This document shows positions 1 through 12,370 of a DNA stretch of 64,000 nt, in pieces. The notes beneath the pieces are model-generated. The model ran no database searches. It was not told the origin of the DNA and was given only the letters and a program-made list of their open reading frames with translations. Position 1 is the stretch's first letter; the number at the start of each line of letters is the position of its first letter. Source of the DNA: Eukaryota sp. GEM-RC1. Lineage: Eukaryota. Position numbers and translations under genes: made by a program. Where the stretch lies: the NCBI GenBank assembly GCA_040285855.1, contig JAUFOQ010000001.1:1178001-1242000 (forward strand). Direction: 5' to 3'.

Positions 1-783
1 TTCATGGATTGTTTGAGTACAGGGAAACTTAATCTTCATCAAATTTCTCTTTCACTTCAAACCATGACTTTATCCAGGGACTGTATTTCAATGGATCCGA
101 CGATTTCATTATAATCTCACATATCCACATCCGATCCACATTGAACTGTTTTCCGCTTAATTCCCACCACATGACATTCTTACGTCTGCAGCTAACGACA
201 TCAAGTTCTTTCTTATTGATTCCATACGTAAAACAGACAGTCTGAAGAAATAGATAAATGGTATCGGTTGAAGACAGGGTTACAAGATAGTGAATATTTA
301 GTATTGATGTGAACACAATTCATTACGATGCTTAGACGATAAATCAACTAAACAGAGAAACGTGGATGTTCCGTAATTCTCCCTTAATAATACTCAGATC
401 AACAAATGCGTCGACCAAAAATAAGTTTGTCCCAGTTCAGATCAAGTTATGAATGTTCACTTGATCAAAACAGCTTTATCAAACTGAACCATGATTCAGG
501 CCCGGTTCAGTTCAGAGAGGTGGTGAACTGAATTGAGCCATGAAACATTTCAAATTTTAACTATCAATTCAAATTAGTGTTTTGTCCGTTGAATAATAAA
601 AATTTCTTTCAGTATTCTGGTTTGATATCAAAAATATCTTTCACAAAAACAAATGAAAAGGAACATCACTCAAATGTAATTGTAATCATCAATTCTTGTG
701 AATAAAACAAATATAAATTGACCAATCACGTGCAAGAAAACAGGATGTATTTCTGCTCCAAAGAGACGAGAAAATGAATGTAG

Positions 784-1165
784 TTGATGAAGGTGTTGAT
801 AAAACCAAAATATTCACAGTCACTAAAACAACAATCAGACAGAAATTGGAATGAAACAATTGTTCACCTCCCTCCACCAAGAGTTACTCCCGAAGCAACC
901 CACGACTACTTCCTTCACACAGTTCACAGAGCTAGCAAGGAGTTCATGAGCCTGACCAAAGAAGGGACTGTAGTAAGAGAACTCAATGTGAAAGCTAGAA
1001 TGCATGAGGTGTTTGAAAAGGGTTTCGATCAGCGACTGAAAGTAACGACAGAATTCTGTAGCAAAGAAATGCATGCCCTCATTGAACTTCATGTAATGGA
1101 AGGTGTTGGGCATAATCTGTCAAACTTCCTGTCATCAGTCACATTCAATGCGATCTTCAGACAAC
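784..1165 (+). pseudogene. Dynamin/Mx-family stalk (middle domain) fragment, copy 1
   Basis: Translation GVGHNLSNFLSSVTFNAIFRQ resembles the Mx/dynamin stalk motif (RGRELPGF...TFETIVKQ). No GTPase domain is present. Paralogous to 7846-8235 and to the longer relic at 33851-34605. Confidence 0.5.
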
Positions 1166-1168
1166 AAA

Positions 1169-1363
1169 GCAGACAGTGTATCAGAGTTAGGTTGAGGGGG
1201 AGGAGATACTAGAAGAGAAGAAAACATTGAACACTTAACTGCTAGTAAGTGTTACATTATCATCAAATGAATGACTACTCTTCAGTGGAGGTTCAGGATT
1301 AGACATGTAGTTTTGTTAAAAGGCCACATGAACATTGGCTTATCACCTTTTCTATTACTTCTA
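1169..1363 (+). promoter_or_regulatory. Conserved ~200-bp upstream block of type-A BTB-SPRY genes (putative promoter/5' UTR); also at about 8240-8443, 34813-35028 and 58756-58971
   Basis: gcagacagtgtatcagagttaggttg...ggttcaggattagacat...aaaaggccaca precedes four copies. Function is inferred from position only. Confidence 0.45.
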
Positions 1364-2728
1364 ATGTCATTCTCCCTTCCGCCAGCAGAAACGCTTGCAA
1401 TTATCCTGGACGAACCTTCCTTGTGTAACCAAACCATTTCATTCGGCGAGGAATCTATGGATGTAAACAAATCTGTTCTCGCTGCCCATTCTACCTACTT
1501 CCGATCCCTCTGGTTCTTAGAGTTTGGGGACAAGCTTGAAAACCCCATTGAATTCTCACATCTTCCTGTAAGTTCTGACAACTTCTTCCTCTTCATCAAG
1601 TCCTTCTTTGGCAAATCATTCACTTTCGATGAGAGCAACGCCTACAACTTCTTTTACCTCGTCCACTACTTCCAAGTGGACAAACTCATTCACTACGTGG
1701 AAAACCACCTAAGCACTCATCTCGTAACATGGGCTTGGTTAAAACCATTCATTCAAGAAGCAAATGAAAGAAATGACTTGAGAGCTCTGGAATTTATTGG
1801 TCCTTTCTTTTCTAAGATTGATGACCTGTTGATTGATGACGTGATGGCAATGAATACTGAGGGGTTACAAACGCTTGCAAAATATTGCACTTCCACTCAA
1901 TCACAGTCGTGGTTTATTAAATCAATGGTCGAATCAATTTTGAATCAATCTTTAGATGTCAAGGATTTTTTAAATATTTTGAATTCTTGTCCAGTCCAAG
2001 TTCTGTCTTTACAACAATGGAATGAATGTCTGTTTGTACCTTTAAAAGATGTAAAAGAACTGGAATACGATTTATTGAAGTTTTTGTTTACAAAAGTGCA
2101 AGATCACTGTGGTGTCTCTTTAGTTAAGGAAAATTCTAATTTAGTATCAGATATTGAAAAATTAAAAAGTGAATTTGAAGAGTTAAAAAAGAGTGCTGCA
2201 GAAAATCAGCTAGTGTTTCAATCAAAAATGATTAGATTCTCACAAACTAGGAAACATTCTGAGTTACAAGTTAGTGGGGATAGAAAGAGAGTTGTTGCTG
2301 GAAGTGGTGGTGATTGGGTGTCTAGAAGTATCTTGGGAGAAGATCCACTTCTTCCTGGTAATGAGTATACTTGGAAGTTGTGGTACCAGGGCGGTACTGA
2401 TGGTCTTTTTGTTGGAGTCATTGACGAGTCAAAGTTTCGTATTGATGTTGATTGTATTGATGACGCTCACTGTCGTTCAAATAGTGGTGGTACTATTTGT
2501 GGTTGTCTCTCAGGAAACAGGACTAAGTGTATCCTCAACAAGACCAAGTGGAATCCTGGTGAATTACTCGAAATCAATGTAAATCTGATTAATTACACTT
2601 TAACAATCAAATCCGTGAGCAATTCTTCAATCTATCTTACTGGAACTCTTCCCAGATTAAGTAGTGGTTTTTATTATCCATTTGCTTCATTATGTCGTTG
2701 TGATCATGTACTTGAAATCGTTGAATAA
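1364..2728 (+). CDS. BTB/POZ - coiled-coil - SPRY/B30.2-like protein, copy 1 (intact, 454 aa from the conserved MSFSL start)
   Basis: BTB motif VNKSVLAAHSTYFRSL, a heptad-rich linker, and a SPRY-like C-terminus (YTWKL..., LFVGVID, GELLEINVNL, YYPFASL). ATG 1364 is the start shared by the paralogs. Confidence 0.85.
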   Translation: MSFSLPPAETLAIILDEPSLCNQTISFGEESMDVNKSVLAAHSTYFRSLWFLEFGDKLENPIEFSHLPVSSDNFFLFIKSFFGKSFTFDESNAYNFFYLVHYFQVDKLIHYVENHLSTHLVTWAWLKPFIQEANERNDLRALEFIGPFFSKIDDLLIDDVMAMNTEGLQTLAKYCTSTQSQSWFIKSMVESILNQSLDVKDFLNILNSCPVQVLSLQQWNECLFVPLKDVKELEYDLLKFLFTKVQDHCGVSLVKENSNLVSDIEKLKSEFEELKKSAAENQLVFQSKMIRFSQTRKHSELQVSGDRKRVVAGSGGDWVSRSILGEDPLLPGNEYTWKLWYQGGTDGLFVGVIDESKFRIDVDCIDDAHCRSNSGGTICGCLSGNRTKCILNKTKWNPGELLEINVNLINYTLTIKSVSNSSIYLTGTLPRLSSGFYYPFASLCRCDHVLEIVE

Positions 2729-3399
2729 AGTTGATAACATTGTCATTGTGGGTAATTCTCCTTATTTAAAGCAGTGATTCAAATTATTTTTTGACTTCTG
2801 AAGCTAATTCGAGTAAAAGACATTACTGACTTGTAAATTGACGACAATCTGTTTATTATTGACAAACTGATACAGTCTTAAAAACAAACAATAGCCTGAT
2901 TTTTTATTGTAAAACTGATGTTACAAGACAAAAAGAGTTAAGTTCCAAAATAGGATTTCGAATGAGGGGATTAGCTTCAAATCTAGATGAAGTGTCATTG
3001 TGACTGAAGTCACTTCTGAATTGATGGCCTGAAGAGTATGTTCTAGACTAAGTGTTGGTAGCATTTCGTCAATTTCCAAGAGCAAAAGGACGTTAGAGCT
3101 AGGTGAAGACACAACAAGTGGAAAATCAGAAAGAATTGACGGGAATGATTTGCCGCCACATCAAAACTGTGTATCCTCATTTAAGGCAGTGATTCGATTC
3201 ATTTATGAATTGTGAAGTTACAGTAATTCGAGCAGAAGCCATTAACCACTGACGATGGACGTCTATTTAATAAAAAAGGATCAATTTGTTTTAATATAGT
3301 GCACGGTTGACAAAGAAATAGAAGTCGGTCAGGTTTTTGTAACATAATCTCTTGTTAAGTTGAGTTCACTAAAGATATAACAAAAGTAGGCCTATAGGA

Positions 3400-4030
3400 A
3401 GACTATATTATTCACAAGCCAATCGATCATGCCACTATATCTTTAGCAAACAGCCGTTCGAACAACGAGTTTGTTTCATCAGCTTTTGGAAAATGGTCCT
3501 TAAAATCACTCAATGCCGGAACATACACTCTATCAGTATCTGCAACCGGATTCATTGATCTTGTTGAGAAAATCTCAATTCCTCATGATCATGAACTCTC
3601 AGTCTCATTGAAGTCTTCTCTGGACCTATTTGGCTACATCACTTGCGGCAACTCTCCTGTTTTCGGAGCCACTGTTAGTCTTGTAGATTCACATGGAGAA
3701 TCTCGCTTTTCAAACTTATCCCTGATCAATGGAAAGTTGCAATTATCAAACGTTCGCATGAATGACTATACTCTCAAAGTTTCATGTGACGGCTTTGTTC
3801 CCCCTTGAAAAGTTGATTCACTTAACAGATACTCTCACCAATTTACTTTTAGAAGTTGACCCCAAGTTCAACAAAGTTCATGGTTCTTTTACTCCTGCTA
3901 TGTACGATACCAAAGTAACTATCAATCACTAGCGAGGATCTCTTACAACTATGACCTCTGTTGAGGGTACATTTGCTTTTGACGAGATTCCTAGTTGAAT
4001 AACCACGTTGAAAGCATCTTATGATGGTTA
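3400..4030 (+). pseudogene. Relic with carboxypeptidase-regulatory-like (transthyretin-like beta-sandwich) repeats
   Basis: Repeats of the form ATISL...GKWSLKSLNAGTYTLSVSATGF and GATVSL...GKLQLSNVRMNDYTLKVSCDGF, with no start and downstream stops. Confidence 0.5.
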
Positions 4031-4037
4031 ACAGAAG

Positions 4038-5000
4038 TTAATGAAATATTGTTCGTGAGTAGATTACACAAAATAGTGATTGCTGAATCTTCATTGCATT
4101 TTCAAATGAATGTAGAGAAGAGGCTTGTTCAAGAGTTATTGATTGAGTGAAACTATCAGGAGAAAAACAAAATACTCCGGTTTTAACGTCAATAAAGTGA
4201 GGGAACAATTCAAAACTACAATTAAACTCATTGATAGTTTTTGCTTCCAAATAACATGATTAAAGAACACACTTCACAGTTACGAAACCCGATTTTCTTC
4301 AAATATGAATTTTTGTCTCGACCTTCGATTACAAATTTAAATTGATGTGATTTGAAATACACCCTATCAAGATTGAAAAAAAGTAGACACGCATTAGTTT
4401 GTAACTTTTTCCCAAGTGATTCACCATCTGAGTCATTAAGTGATCTAATAGAATTCGAGATTACCAATTCCACTACAGATGTATTCAGTTGAAGAGAATC
4501 AAAAACTGCTGAAAAAGAATCAATGCAGTTTTTTAAATCCAATTTTTTAAAAGTAGTAGTTTGTAATATGTATACGGTAACTTTCATCTATAAACAATTT
4601 GTGTTAAAGACATGTGATACATAGAATAATGTGTATAATGGTTGAAAACATCTATCAATGTCTTAGCGCCTTCATATTCTATTGAATTATCACACAGAGC
4701 AATGTTTGTAACGGTATATGTGTCACCTTGGAATTAGATTTTATGGCTTCTGTCAAAAATTTAGTACTTTTAACTTCAGCTAAGTTTCAAACTGAGATTG
4801 ATTTTTGTGAATACAAACATTATTGACTTATCACATCTCAGATAGAATTTTCAATCAAAACTGGTTACCGAAGAATTAACTGTCAACGCCTGTTCAAATG
4901 CTAACCAACTCTTGTATCTTCAAACTTGAATAGAGTTTCCACTCAGGTCAATTTTAGTCACTCTGTTCGTTACTTTCAATTATTCGACCAATTATAGCGA
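4038..5000 (-). pseudogene. RNI-like LRR gene relic
   Basis: ORFs 4228-4587 and 4038-4250 are paralogous to the LRR gene at 45451-46080 (KLDLxNC, LQxNTSVVEL, PHFIDV). Also VTNIALCDNSIEYEGAK near 4660-4710. Confidence 0.7.
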
Positions 5001-5849
5001 AATACATGAAATACAACGAGCAAATAGCTCCTTTGGCAGTGAAAAATCAAAGGACAACTTGTTAATAAACATCAGATCGTCATTATGTCTTAGAACATCT
5101 TTGAAATCTGTATTTACTATACAAATCGATAAATATTATATTGTAGATCGAGAAAAACCAAAGGGTTTTTATTACAAAAATTTTGCGTAAATTTTCAATG
5201 TTTGTACAAAAATAGTGATCAAAACGGTTGCTGAATACTGGTTTGATCGTTGTTGTTGTAAAGAAATAGTGTGTTTTTTTTAGTATCGATGTGAACACAC
5301 TTCATTACGATGTTGAGTCGATAAATCAATTAGATAGAGAAACATGGATGGTTCCGTAATGCTTTCTCGGCTCTTGATAATGCTTTGATCAACAAACCAG
5401 TCGACAAAAAATATGTTTGTCCCAGTTCAGATCAAGCTACGAATGTTCACTTGATCAAAGCACCTGATGATATCAAAAAATTGATCACTGACTCCGTTTG
5501 TCCCAGTGTGCCAAAGTATTCTTATGAAGTATCTATTCAAGGATATTCACAAAGGGAGATCCACACAATTTTGTAGTTCAAAGCAATGACGTTACCTCAG
5601 AATTTTTGTCTCTTGAAGAAAATTCCAATTACGGCCACTGTCATCATTATCGTGATCTCTTTCATGTTTTTGATGGTGTTCATAACAAAACGCACATTTT
5701 TCACTTCACATATATATCCCAATGTCTCTTTCAACAATACTTCAAAAGTATGAAATGTATTGAACTCCATACACATGTCCCCCAACAAGTCATATGACAT
5801 ATTCGGTTACTTCGAACAACTGCAACCTGTGGTTTTAGAAGTCGAAATG

Positions 5850-6250
5850 TCTTAAGCCTTAAGAAAACCTCGCCCATTATAAGAGCTTTCATCAAAGGCA
5901 TCAAACCAGAAGCACTCATATTCAGGACTCTGGTCCTACACGCCAATCTAACCTCTCTGTCCATTACTCCTGACATTTTCCCCTCTAAAGATAGAAGTAT
6001 CCAAAGTCTCCCCCACAATCAAAACAGTCCTTGTTTTAATTTTGACACTGCAGGAATCACCCAAACGCTAGTTATACTTTATCCAACCCAAAATGTAATT
6101 TTTGCAAAATCTGGTCATACAATATATCAATGTCCTGATCCTTCCTGCAGGACCTCCAAGCTGAACAACAGAAAGTCCTATCCATATTACAATCCAAGAA
6201 ACCAGAGAAACACTGCCGACAACTCCAAACGAAGTACTAGACTTTCAAGC
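5850..6250 (+). mobile_element. Ty3/gypsy gag relic (zinc knuckle)
   Basis: About 6090-6165 reads KCNFCK/SGHTIYQCPDPSCRTSKLN with one frameshift, matching CKYCKEPGHTVEMCPDPNCRVSSLN in the full element near 14470. Confidence 0.65.
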
Positions 6251-6559
6251 TGGAGGACTTCCAGTATTACTTTATCGCCATATAATTCAAGAAGGATCTC
6301 ATAGAGAGAGCTGTGAACATCTCTTTCACCCGTCAATGCGAATTCTCCCTGTTGACGGGAAATTAAAGTCATACACAATATATACAATGAGTAAGTCATA
6401 CTCGCCACTGAACTTCTTCCCTAACATGTGTAAAGGACACGAGAAACTTCAATTGGTGTGATATAGATAGGTTTTATAATTAAGATTTAGTCGAAAGCAC
6501 TTGACGCAAGTAGAACACCATATTGTGAAATGATGGGGATACCAGTTTTGTGTTAAGGT

Positions 6560-7080
6560 TCGTATAATACCCTCATTTTAAGTGAGTGTTGAAGAGTTTT
6601 CCAATTCTCCAAATCGGTGCCAAGTATATTACTCACATTGTCACAGATAATGGTTCAACGATGGTTCTTGCTGGGAAGAAGGTCGAGAAAAATTACCTGA
6701 GTATAACATGGACGTGCTGTCACTCCCATGTGTGGACTTGTTTCTCGAGAACATAGAAAAATTAAACTATATTAAAAACATTGTTTCTCATCCACGAAAG
6801 GTTGTCTATTTTACAAAGAATCAGTCGGCTGTACATGCTCTCTTCAAAGAACTCTCCCCAAACAAGACATTTTTAACCCCAGTAACCACTCGGTTTTTAA
6901 CCAATCATTTACTGGTGAAGAGAATGCTAACACTTTGCACTCCCATCGAAAATCTAATTGAGTCAGGAAAATTTTCGACCATGAATGAGTCAACAGAACA
7001 GGTCTAAGCGTACAAAAGCAGAAGAAATACAAAGTATCGTCGATAATCGACAATTCTGGAAAGAAAATTTTTCGTAACTC
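6560..7080 (+). mobile_element. hAT-family transposase relic
   Basis: HIVTDNGSTM...TWTCCHSH/VDLFLENI...LTPVTTRF match the hAT motifs TDN, CxxH and TRW/F. A partial second copy lies at about 51860-52030. Confidence 0.7.
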
Positions 7081-7089
7081 ACCTAACCA

Positions 7090-7636
7090 AGTCACTGATA
7101 CCAACCTTGTCAATAGCAAAGACCCCGTCCAAGAAGAAACTTTAGAATTGGACATTGAGTTGCCTAATTTCCTCGACAATGTATATGCATCCTCCTCGCC
7201 AACATCTGAGAAGTTTATTTCTAAAACTTGCCTGATTAAATCTGATGCAGAACCACAACAACTTTAGACGGAGCCTCGGAGGAAAGCTCTCGGTCCACAA
7301 ATTCATCCATTGACGCTCGGGGGAGTTGGTTCCCCTGTCGTTTCGGCTCTGGTGGCTGATGACGTTAATTGCTCTCCCGAGGTCCCGCAGTTGTTAGAGG
7401 CTGACGCTGAAGATAAAGCAGTGGTTTGTCCCGAAAAGAACAACTTTCTCAAGATGACGGTGATAGTCAACTCCGTTCCTCTCACTGGAACGTGGGACAT
7501 TGCCTGTGAGTGCAGTTGCATGTCTATAGACTTAGCCAAAAAGGCCAATCTGACTCTTGAAGACTCATCATTATCTTTCACTCTCGCCAATGGAGAAACG
7601 CTTGAGTCCTCAGAACAGCCAATTATTGTTATGTAA
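7090..7636 (+). mobile_element. Retroelement aspartic protease relic
   Basis: VIVNSVPLTGTWDIACECSCMS...FTLANG is a degenerate retropepsin pattern. The 5' part is repeated at about 52030-52268. Confidence 0.55.
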
Positions 7637-7845
7637 TGATGCAAATTATCGTTTTGTTAATTAAATAATAAAACTTTTTTTCATTATTCTGGTTTGATAT
7701 CAAAGATATCTTAGAAAAAGACAAATAAAAAAGTACATTACTCATCTGTAAATGCAACTATGAAATCTTGTGAATAAAACAAATGTAAATTCCCCAATCA
7801 AGTGGAAGAAAACTGACTGTACATCTGCTTCACAGAGACGATCAA

Positions 7846-8235
7846 ATGAACGAAGTTGAGGAAGGTTTTGATAAAGCAAAAGTATTCCCAGTAATTAAAA
7901 CAAAAATCAGACAGGAATTAGAAAGAAACAATTGCTCATCTCCCACCACCAAGAGTTACTCCCAATGCAACCTACGACTACTTCCTCCACACAGTTCACA
8001 GAGCTAGCGAGGAGTTCATGAGCCTGACCAAAGAAGAGACTGTAATGAGAGAACTCAATGTGAAAGCTAGAATGCATGAGGTGTTTGAAAAGGGTTTCGA
8101 TCAGCCACTGAAAGTAACGACGGAATTCTGTAGCAAAGAAATGCATGCACTCATTGAACTTCATGTAATGGAAGGTGTTGGGCATAATCTGTCAAACTTC
8201 CTGTCATCAGCCACATTTAAAGCAATCTTCAGACA
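7846..8235 (+). pseudogene. Dynamin/Mx-family stalk fragment, copy 2
   Basis: Near-identical to 784-1165, with the same 3' deletion junction into the BTB-SPRY upstream block. Confidence 0.5.
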
Positions 8236-8443
8236 ACAAAGCAGACAGTGTATCAGAGTTAGGTTGCGGGGAGGAGATACTAGAAGAGAAGAAAACATTG
8301 AACACTTAACTGCTAGTAAGTGTTACATTATCATCAAATGAATGACTACGCTTCAGTAAAGGTTCAGGATTAGACATTTAGTTTTGTTAAAAGGCCACAA
8401 GAATATTGGTCTCATTTACCTATCTCCTTCACTATTGCTTCTA

Positions 8444-8810
8444 ATGTCATTCTCCCTTCCTCCAGCAGAAACTCTTGCAATTATCCTCGATGAATCTTCC
8501 CTCTGTAACCAAACCATTTCTTTTGGCGGGGAATCCATCGAGGTGAACAAATCTGTCCTTGCTGCCCACTCCACGTACTTCCGATCCCTCTGGTTCTTGG
8601 AGTTTGGCGACAAGCTTGAGAACCCCATCGACTTCTCCCGTCTCTCCGTCGATTCCGACAACTTCTTCGATTTCCTCAAGTCCTTCTTTGGTAAATCATT
8701 CACCCTCAATGAGAGAAACGCCTACAACTTCTTTTACCTCGTCCACTACTTCCAAGTGGACAAACTCATTCACCACGTCGAAAACCACCTAAACACTCAT
8801 CTCATGACCT
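8444..8810 (+). pseudogene. BTB-SPRY family copy 2, truncated after the BTB domain
   Basis: Matches the paralogs up to HLNTHLMT, then continues into unrelated sequence. Confidence 0.85.
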
Positions 8811-9179
8811 TGTCAGTCTCTATGTGTTGTAAACATGCTTAGACATGTTTTAATATTATAACTGTCAAATACACCATGAGTTTGTCCTATTTGTTTCAGC
8901 CTGTCCATTTCTACTAACTTAGAACTGCAGTGCTACATTCGGTATCTCATCGTCGTCGTTAAAATTCATTTTATGTAAATCCTAAGTTATTAAGGGTGGC
9001 GATGTTTTGCTCACACCCGCTCTGATAGTGTATATGTAAGATCTGATTGCAATACAAAAAGTTACACTTGCAAAAATATTTGGTCTTAGCTTTATCGTTA
9101 TTAGAAGGAAAAAACTTGCTGAAAACAATCAAGAAACTTTTGTCGATTTAAACAATCTTCCTCATTTTGAAGATTCATT

Positions 9180-9400
9180 GATTATGTCTGGTGCTCAGTC
9201 TGGTCGTTCGTTGAATTCACCCATCACTAATAATGATGTACAAAATGCAATTTCGCAAGTCAACGGTGGCAAAGCTGCTGGTCAGGTTTAAGTTTTGACC
9301 ATTTGAAACTCTTTGTTTCTCATTGTAAAGAAATTTGAGATGATTTATCAGTCTTTTTTTATTGAATTCGTCAAAAATGTTGGAAATGTCTACACCACTG
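9180..9400 (+). mobile_element. Non-LTR retrotransposon RT N-terminal relic
   Basis: Reads SPITNNDVQNAISQVNGGKAAG/xGLSFDHLK, the 'IT..EV..AI...KAxG.DG' region that precedes non-LTR RT domains. Confidence 0.5.
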
Positions 9401-9799
9401 ACCTTAATTAATGTCACTGACATTAATTCCGAACGAACTTTTTGGCAGACCAAACCCAAATTAATGTCACTAGATTTTGTTGAATCAAATCTGTTTTCCA
9501 CGAGCAACTGATAAAGAATACATCAGTTATCCAAGTACTCTTTGTAGTTTCCAATCTCATGGCACAATTGCATGTTCTCCCGAGTTGAAGGAATAGAGAT
9601 AAGATCTGATTGAACACAAAATCAAACCTGTAATTACATCAAAGTCAAGGTGAACCATTCCTTTTGCCTAGGCTTTTTACACGATCAGTACTTTTGTACT
9701 GTTTCTTATTATCTGTATCGGTACTTTTATGTTTTTGGATATGTGTTCTGTATAACCCCATTGTGTAGTCCAGATATGATTTCAATTACAGAAATTGTT

Positions 9800-9989
9800 A
9801 CAAATTCGAAGATCTAATATAACCACAATGGTATTTTTAAAATATATCGAATTTAAGGTAGGTTTAATATAAATGATGGTATTTGTATAAGCCCTCACAC
9901 AGCGGAAACCCAATTACAGATGGGGACTTATACTGTTAAGTCCAGGAACTTCTATTTCATTGTATACATTCCTTGAAATTGTTGAATAA
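9800..9989 (+). pseudogene. Degenerate 3' end of a divergent SPRY-like paralog
   Basis: Ends ttccttgaaattgttgaataa (LEIVE*) followed by a 3' flank like that of the family (cattgtc.ttgtg). Confidence 0.5.
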
Positions 9990-10269
9990 GTTTAAGGTCA
10001 TTGTCGTTGTGTCTGAGGTGGATCAAACTTAATTCTGAATTTTGACCAGTATACTAAGTAACTTAGTCAAAAACAGACCGTGTTAAGGACAGTAATACAA
10101 ATTAGTATACTAACAATTGTGAATGCCTGACAATCCTTATAGAGAATTTTCGACATCAATCACTTCATCACATTATGAGCTGTCACTTCACACATTCAAA
10201 TCAGTTGGGCCAAAAACTGTTAGTGAGAAACAGAAAATATCTGACTAAACTACACTATAATTGACAAAG

Positions 10270-11573
10270 GGACCTTCCTCCTAATGTTACTTGTGATTTT
10301 TCTAGAGATTTTAACAAGATCCGAACCAAGTTTTTGAGTGTATTGATAGACTGTGGTGACACTTCGTTGCCAGGTCACTGCTTTACATCCACTTGTTTTG
10401 GGGGTGTAGGTTTCTCAAAGGCAAAGTATCTTCGTGAAGGAGCTTTCTTAGGATGTTTAAAGAATTTCTTGTTTGAGTTTCGTATCCGTTATCCTGATCT
10501 TTGGCTTGATCATCGTTTTCTCTCATCTTCCCCGTGTTCATGGTTAACTAGTCTGCAAGATCAGATTGAGTACCTTGATGCTGATATATGGGCGTCCCTT
10601 TTCCCCATATCTGTTACTGAGATCCCTCAAAGAAGTTTGTTCTCCTTACCACTATGTGTCCGTAAATTGCAGAAGCAATTTATCAACTATCATGAAAGCT
10701 TGGACTTTAACAATCGTATTAGCTTGGCTAAAATCGAGAGTCCCGCTTTTTGTGCTTTTTTGAAAGACATTTCTAGTGATGAGGCTTCTACTGTGATTAC
10801 TCGATATCCTCAAAGATATAGTTTCAACTTAAAAGATCATGAATGGCTTATCAACATTCGTTTGAGGTTAGGTTTATTGCCTGTTGGTCTCCTGCAAAAG
10901 TCTACTTGTGTGTGTGGTTCTTCTTTAGCCTCTTTCCATCATGTGGTCAACTGTCATAAGTTTATTCATTTAAGATCAATTATTCACAACAGTTTACGTG
11001 ATCAATGTTCAGAATTGTTTAAGAGCAATGGTTTTGATGGGAAAATCGAACCAGTTTTAAATACTTTGTCTGACTCAATTATGAGGGATAAGAGTAGAGG
11101 TGATTTGATTGGTCCTCAAGAAATAATAATGGACTTTACTACGGTTGATCCTTGTAACTCAACTTCCGTTAACAAAATTTCAGACGAAAACTATTCAGCT
11201 CTTGAAACTGCTGAAAGGAAAAAATTAGATCGTTATGGCGAATTAATTTCCAAGATGAATTCTCGCCGACACAATCCTTTTGTTTTCCATCCTTTTGCTA
11301 TTTCTCTTTATGGTACGTTTGGTTGCTTCGGTCAACAATTTCTTACAGATTTTGGCAAATTGTGTAAGCAGTATGGAAAGAATTTTAATGAAAGTTACTG
11401 GAGAGGAAGGTTGTCGTTTTCCCTTTTCAAAGCATTGTTTAGGTATTTTGATTCGATTTTGAACCGTCTCTTTGCATTGAGACATGAATTTGAGATGATA
11501 TAGAGGTATTTGTATCTCATTTGTTAATATTGATGATAGTTTGTATTTGTCAGAGTAAATAAAAGGCGTTTTT
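10270..11573 (+). mobile_element. 5'-truncated non-LTR retrotransposon with restriction-like endonuclease (CRE/R2-type C-terminus); ORF 10334-11503
   Basis: GGVGF thumb motif, IRLRLG, CCHC (CVCG...HVVNC), HN, RGD...DFT and AERKKLDRY RLE motifs. Ends in cgttttt. Boundaries are approximate. Confidence 0.8.
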
Positions 11574-12285
11574 ACTAATGGACATAGGTTGAATGACAAT
11601 CTGTTTTGAAGCAACTACCTATGGTCAACTAAGATATAGGAACGTCTATGAATTGTTGATATGAATTACAATAATCATCATTTTTCAGCTCATTCGGTTC
11701 GGTTCATATACCTTGTGGGCTGAACTGAACTGATTAACAAACCTAATAAAATTCTAAATCAGTGGCTACCGGTGCTCGTTGTACCGAGTCCAAAATCAAT
11801 TATTTGCCATTGACAAAACCAGTGAAATTCCCACGATGCTCTAGAACTTAAGAAATTGTTTCACCAATGACAATGAACCTCAAATTGTGTGTTATACCCG
11901 TAATAGAAGTTTTATGATGATAAAGAGAATCGTGAAAGAAATCATTATGGTTATGGGTTGTGTAGTGACTTCGTCTAAAATTGTTAGATGCGGTGAGAGA
12001 TGAAACTATTGATTGAATTACATAGACCAAAATATGCAAAGATTCGCCAAAAGATTGACAATACCACCTCCTCTAGTAAAACTCGCAGATTTCACACCAT
12101 TTCTGAACAGAAACGTGCCTCCTCTGGAAATTGTGGAGAAAGAACTCATAACACGAGACGTTGTTCAATCAACAAGCATGTGTGTTCACAACGTTATGTA
12201 TGATTCAATGTGTGACAAGAACTGGGTTACAGAAACAATTATTGTTTATAGGGGAGGGCACAAGATGCATTTCGTAAGCTAACCC

Positions 12286-12370
12286 TGTAGATTATCATAG
12301 TATGAGAATCATAGATTATAAACCAACTTAATTTCATTCATTGTATGTCCACTAACTCAATACAGCATCA
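12286..12370 (+). repeat. 5' LTR (85 bp)
   Basis: tgtagattatcatag...tacagcatca, with one mismatch versus the 3' LTR. Confidence 0.95.

Noticed and set aside
1271..1363. Hydrophobic N-terminal extension (LSPFLLLLM) as a signal peptide
   Set aside because: It derives from a pyrimidine-rich upstream tract, other copies open it only with non-ATG codons, and BTB proteins are intracellular. The conserved start is MSFSL.
2230..2728. Diversity-generating retroelement acting on the SPRY C-termini
   Set aside because: No non-coding template repeat or DGR-type RT is visible; the only complete RT is Ty3/gypsy. Variation includes indels and third-position changes (cgt/gta/aga/agg) that do not fit adenine-only mutagenesis.
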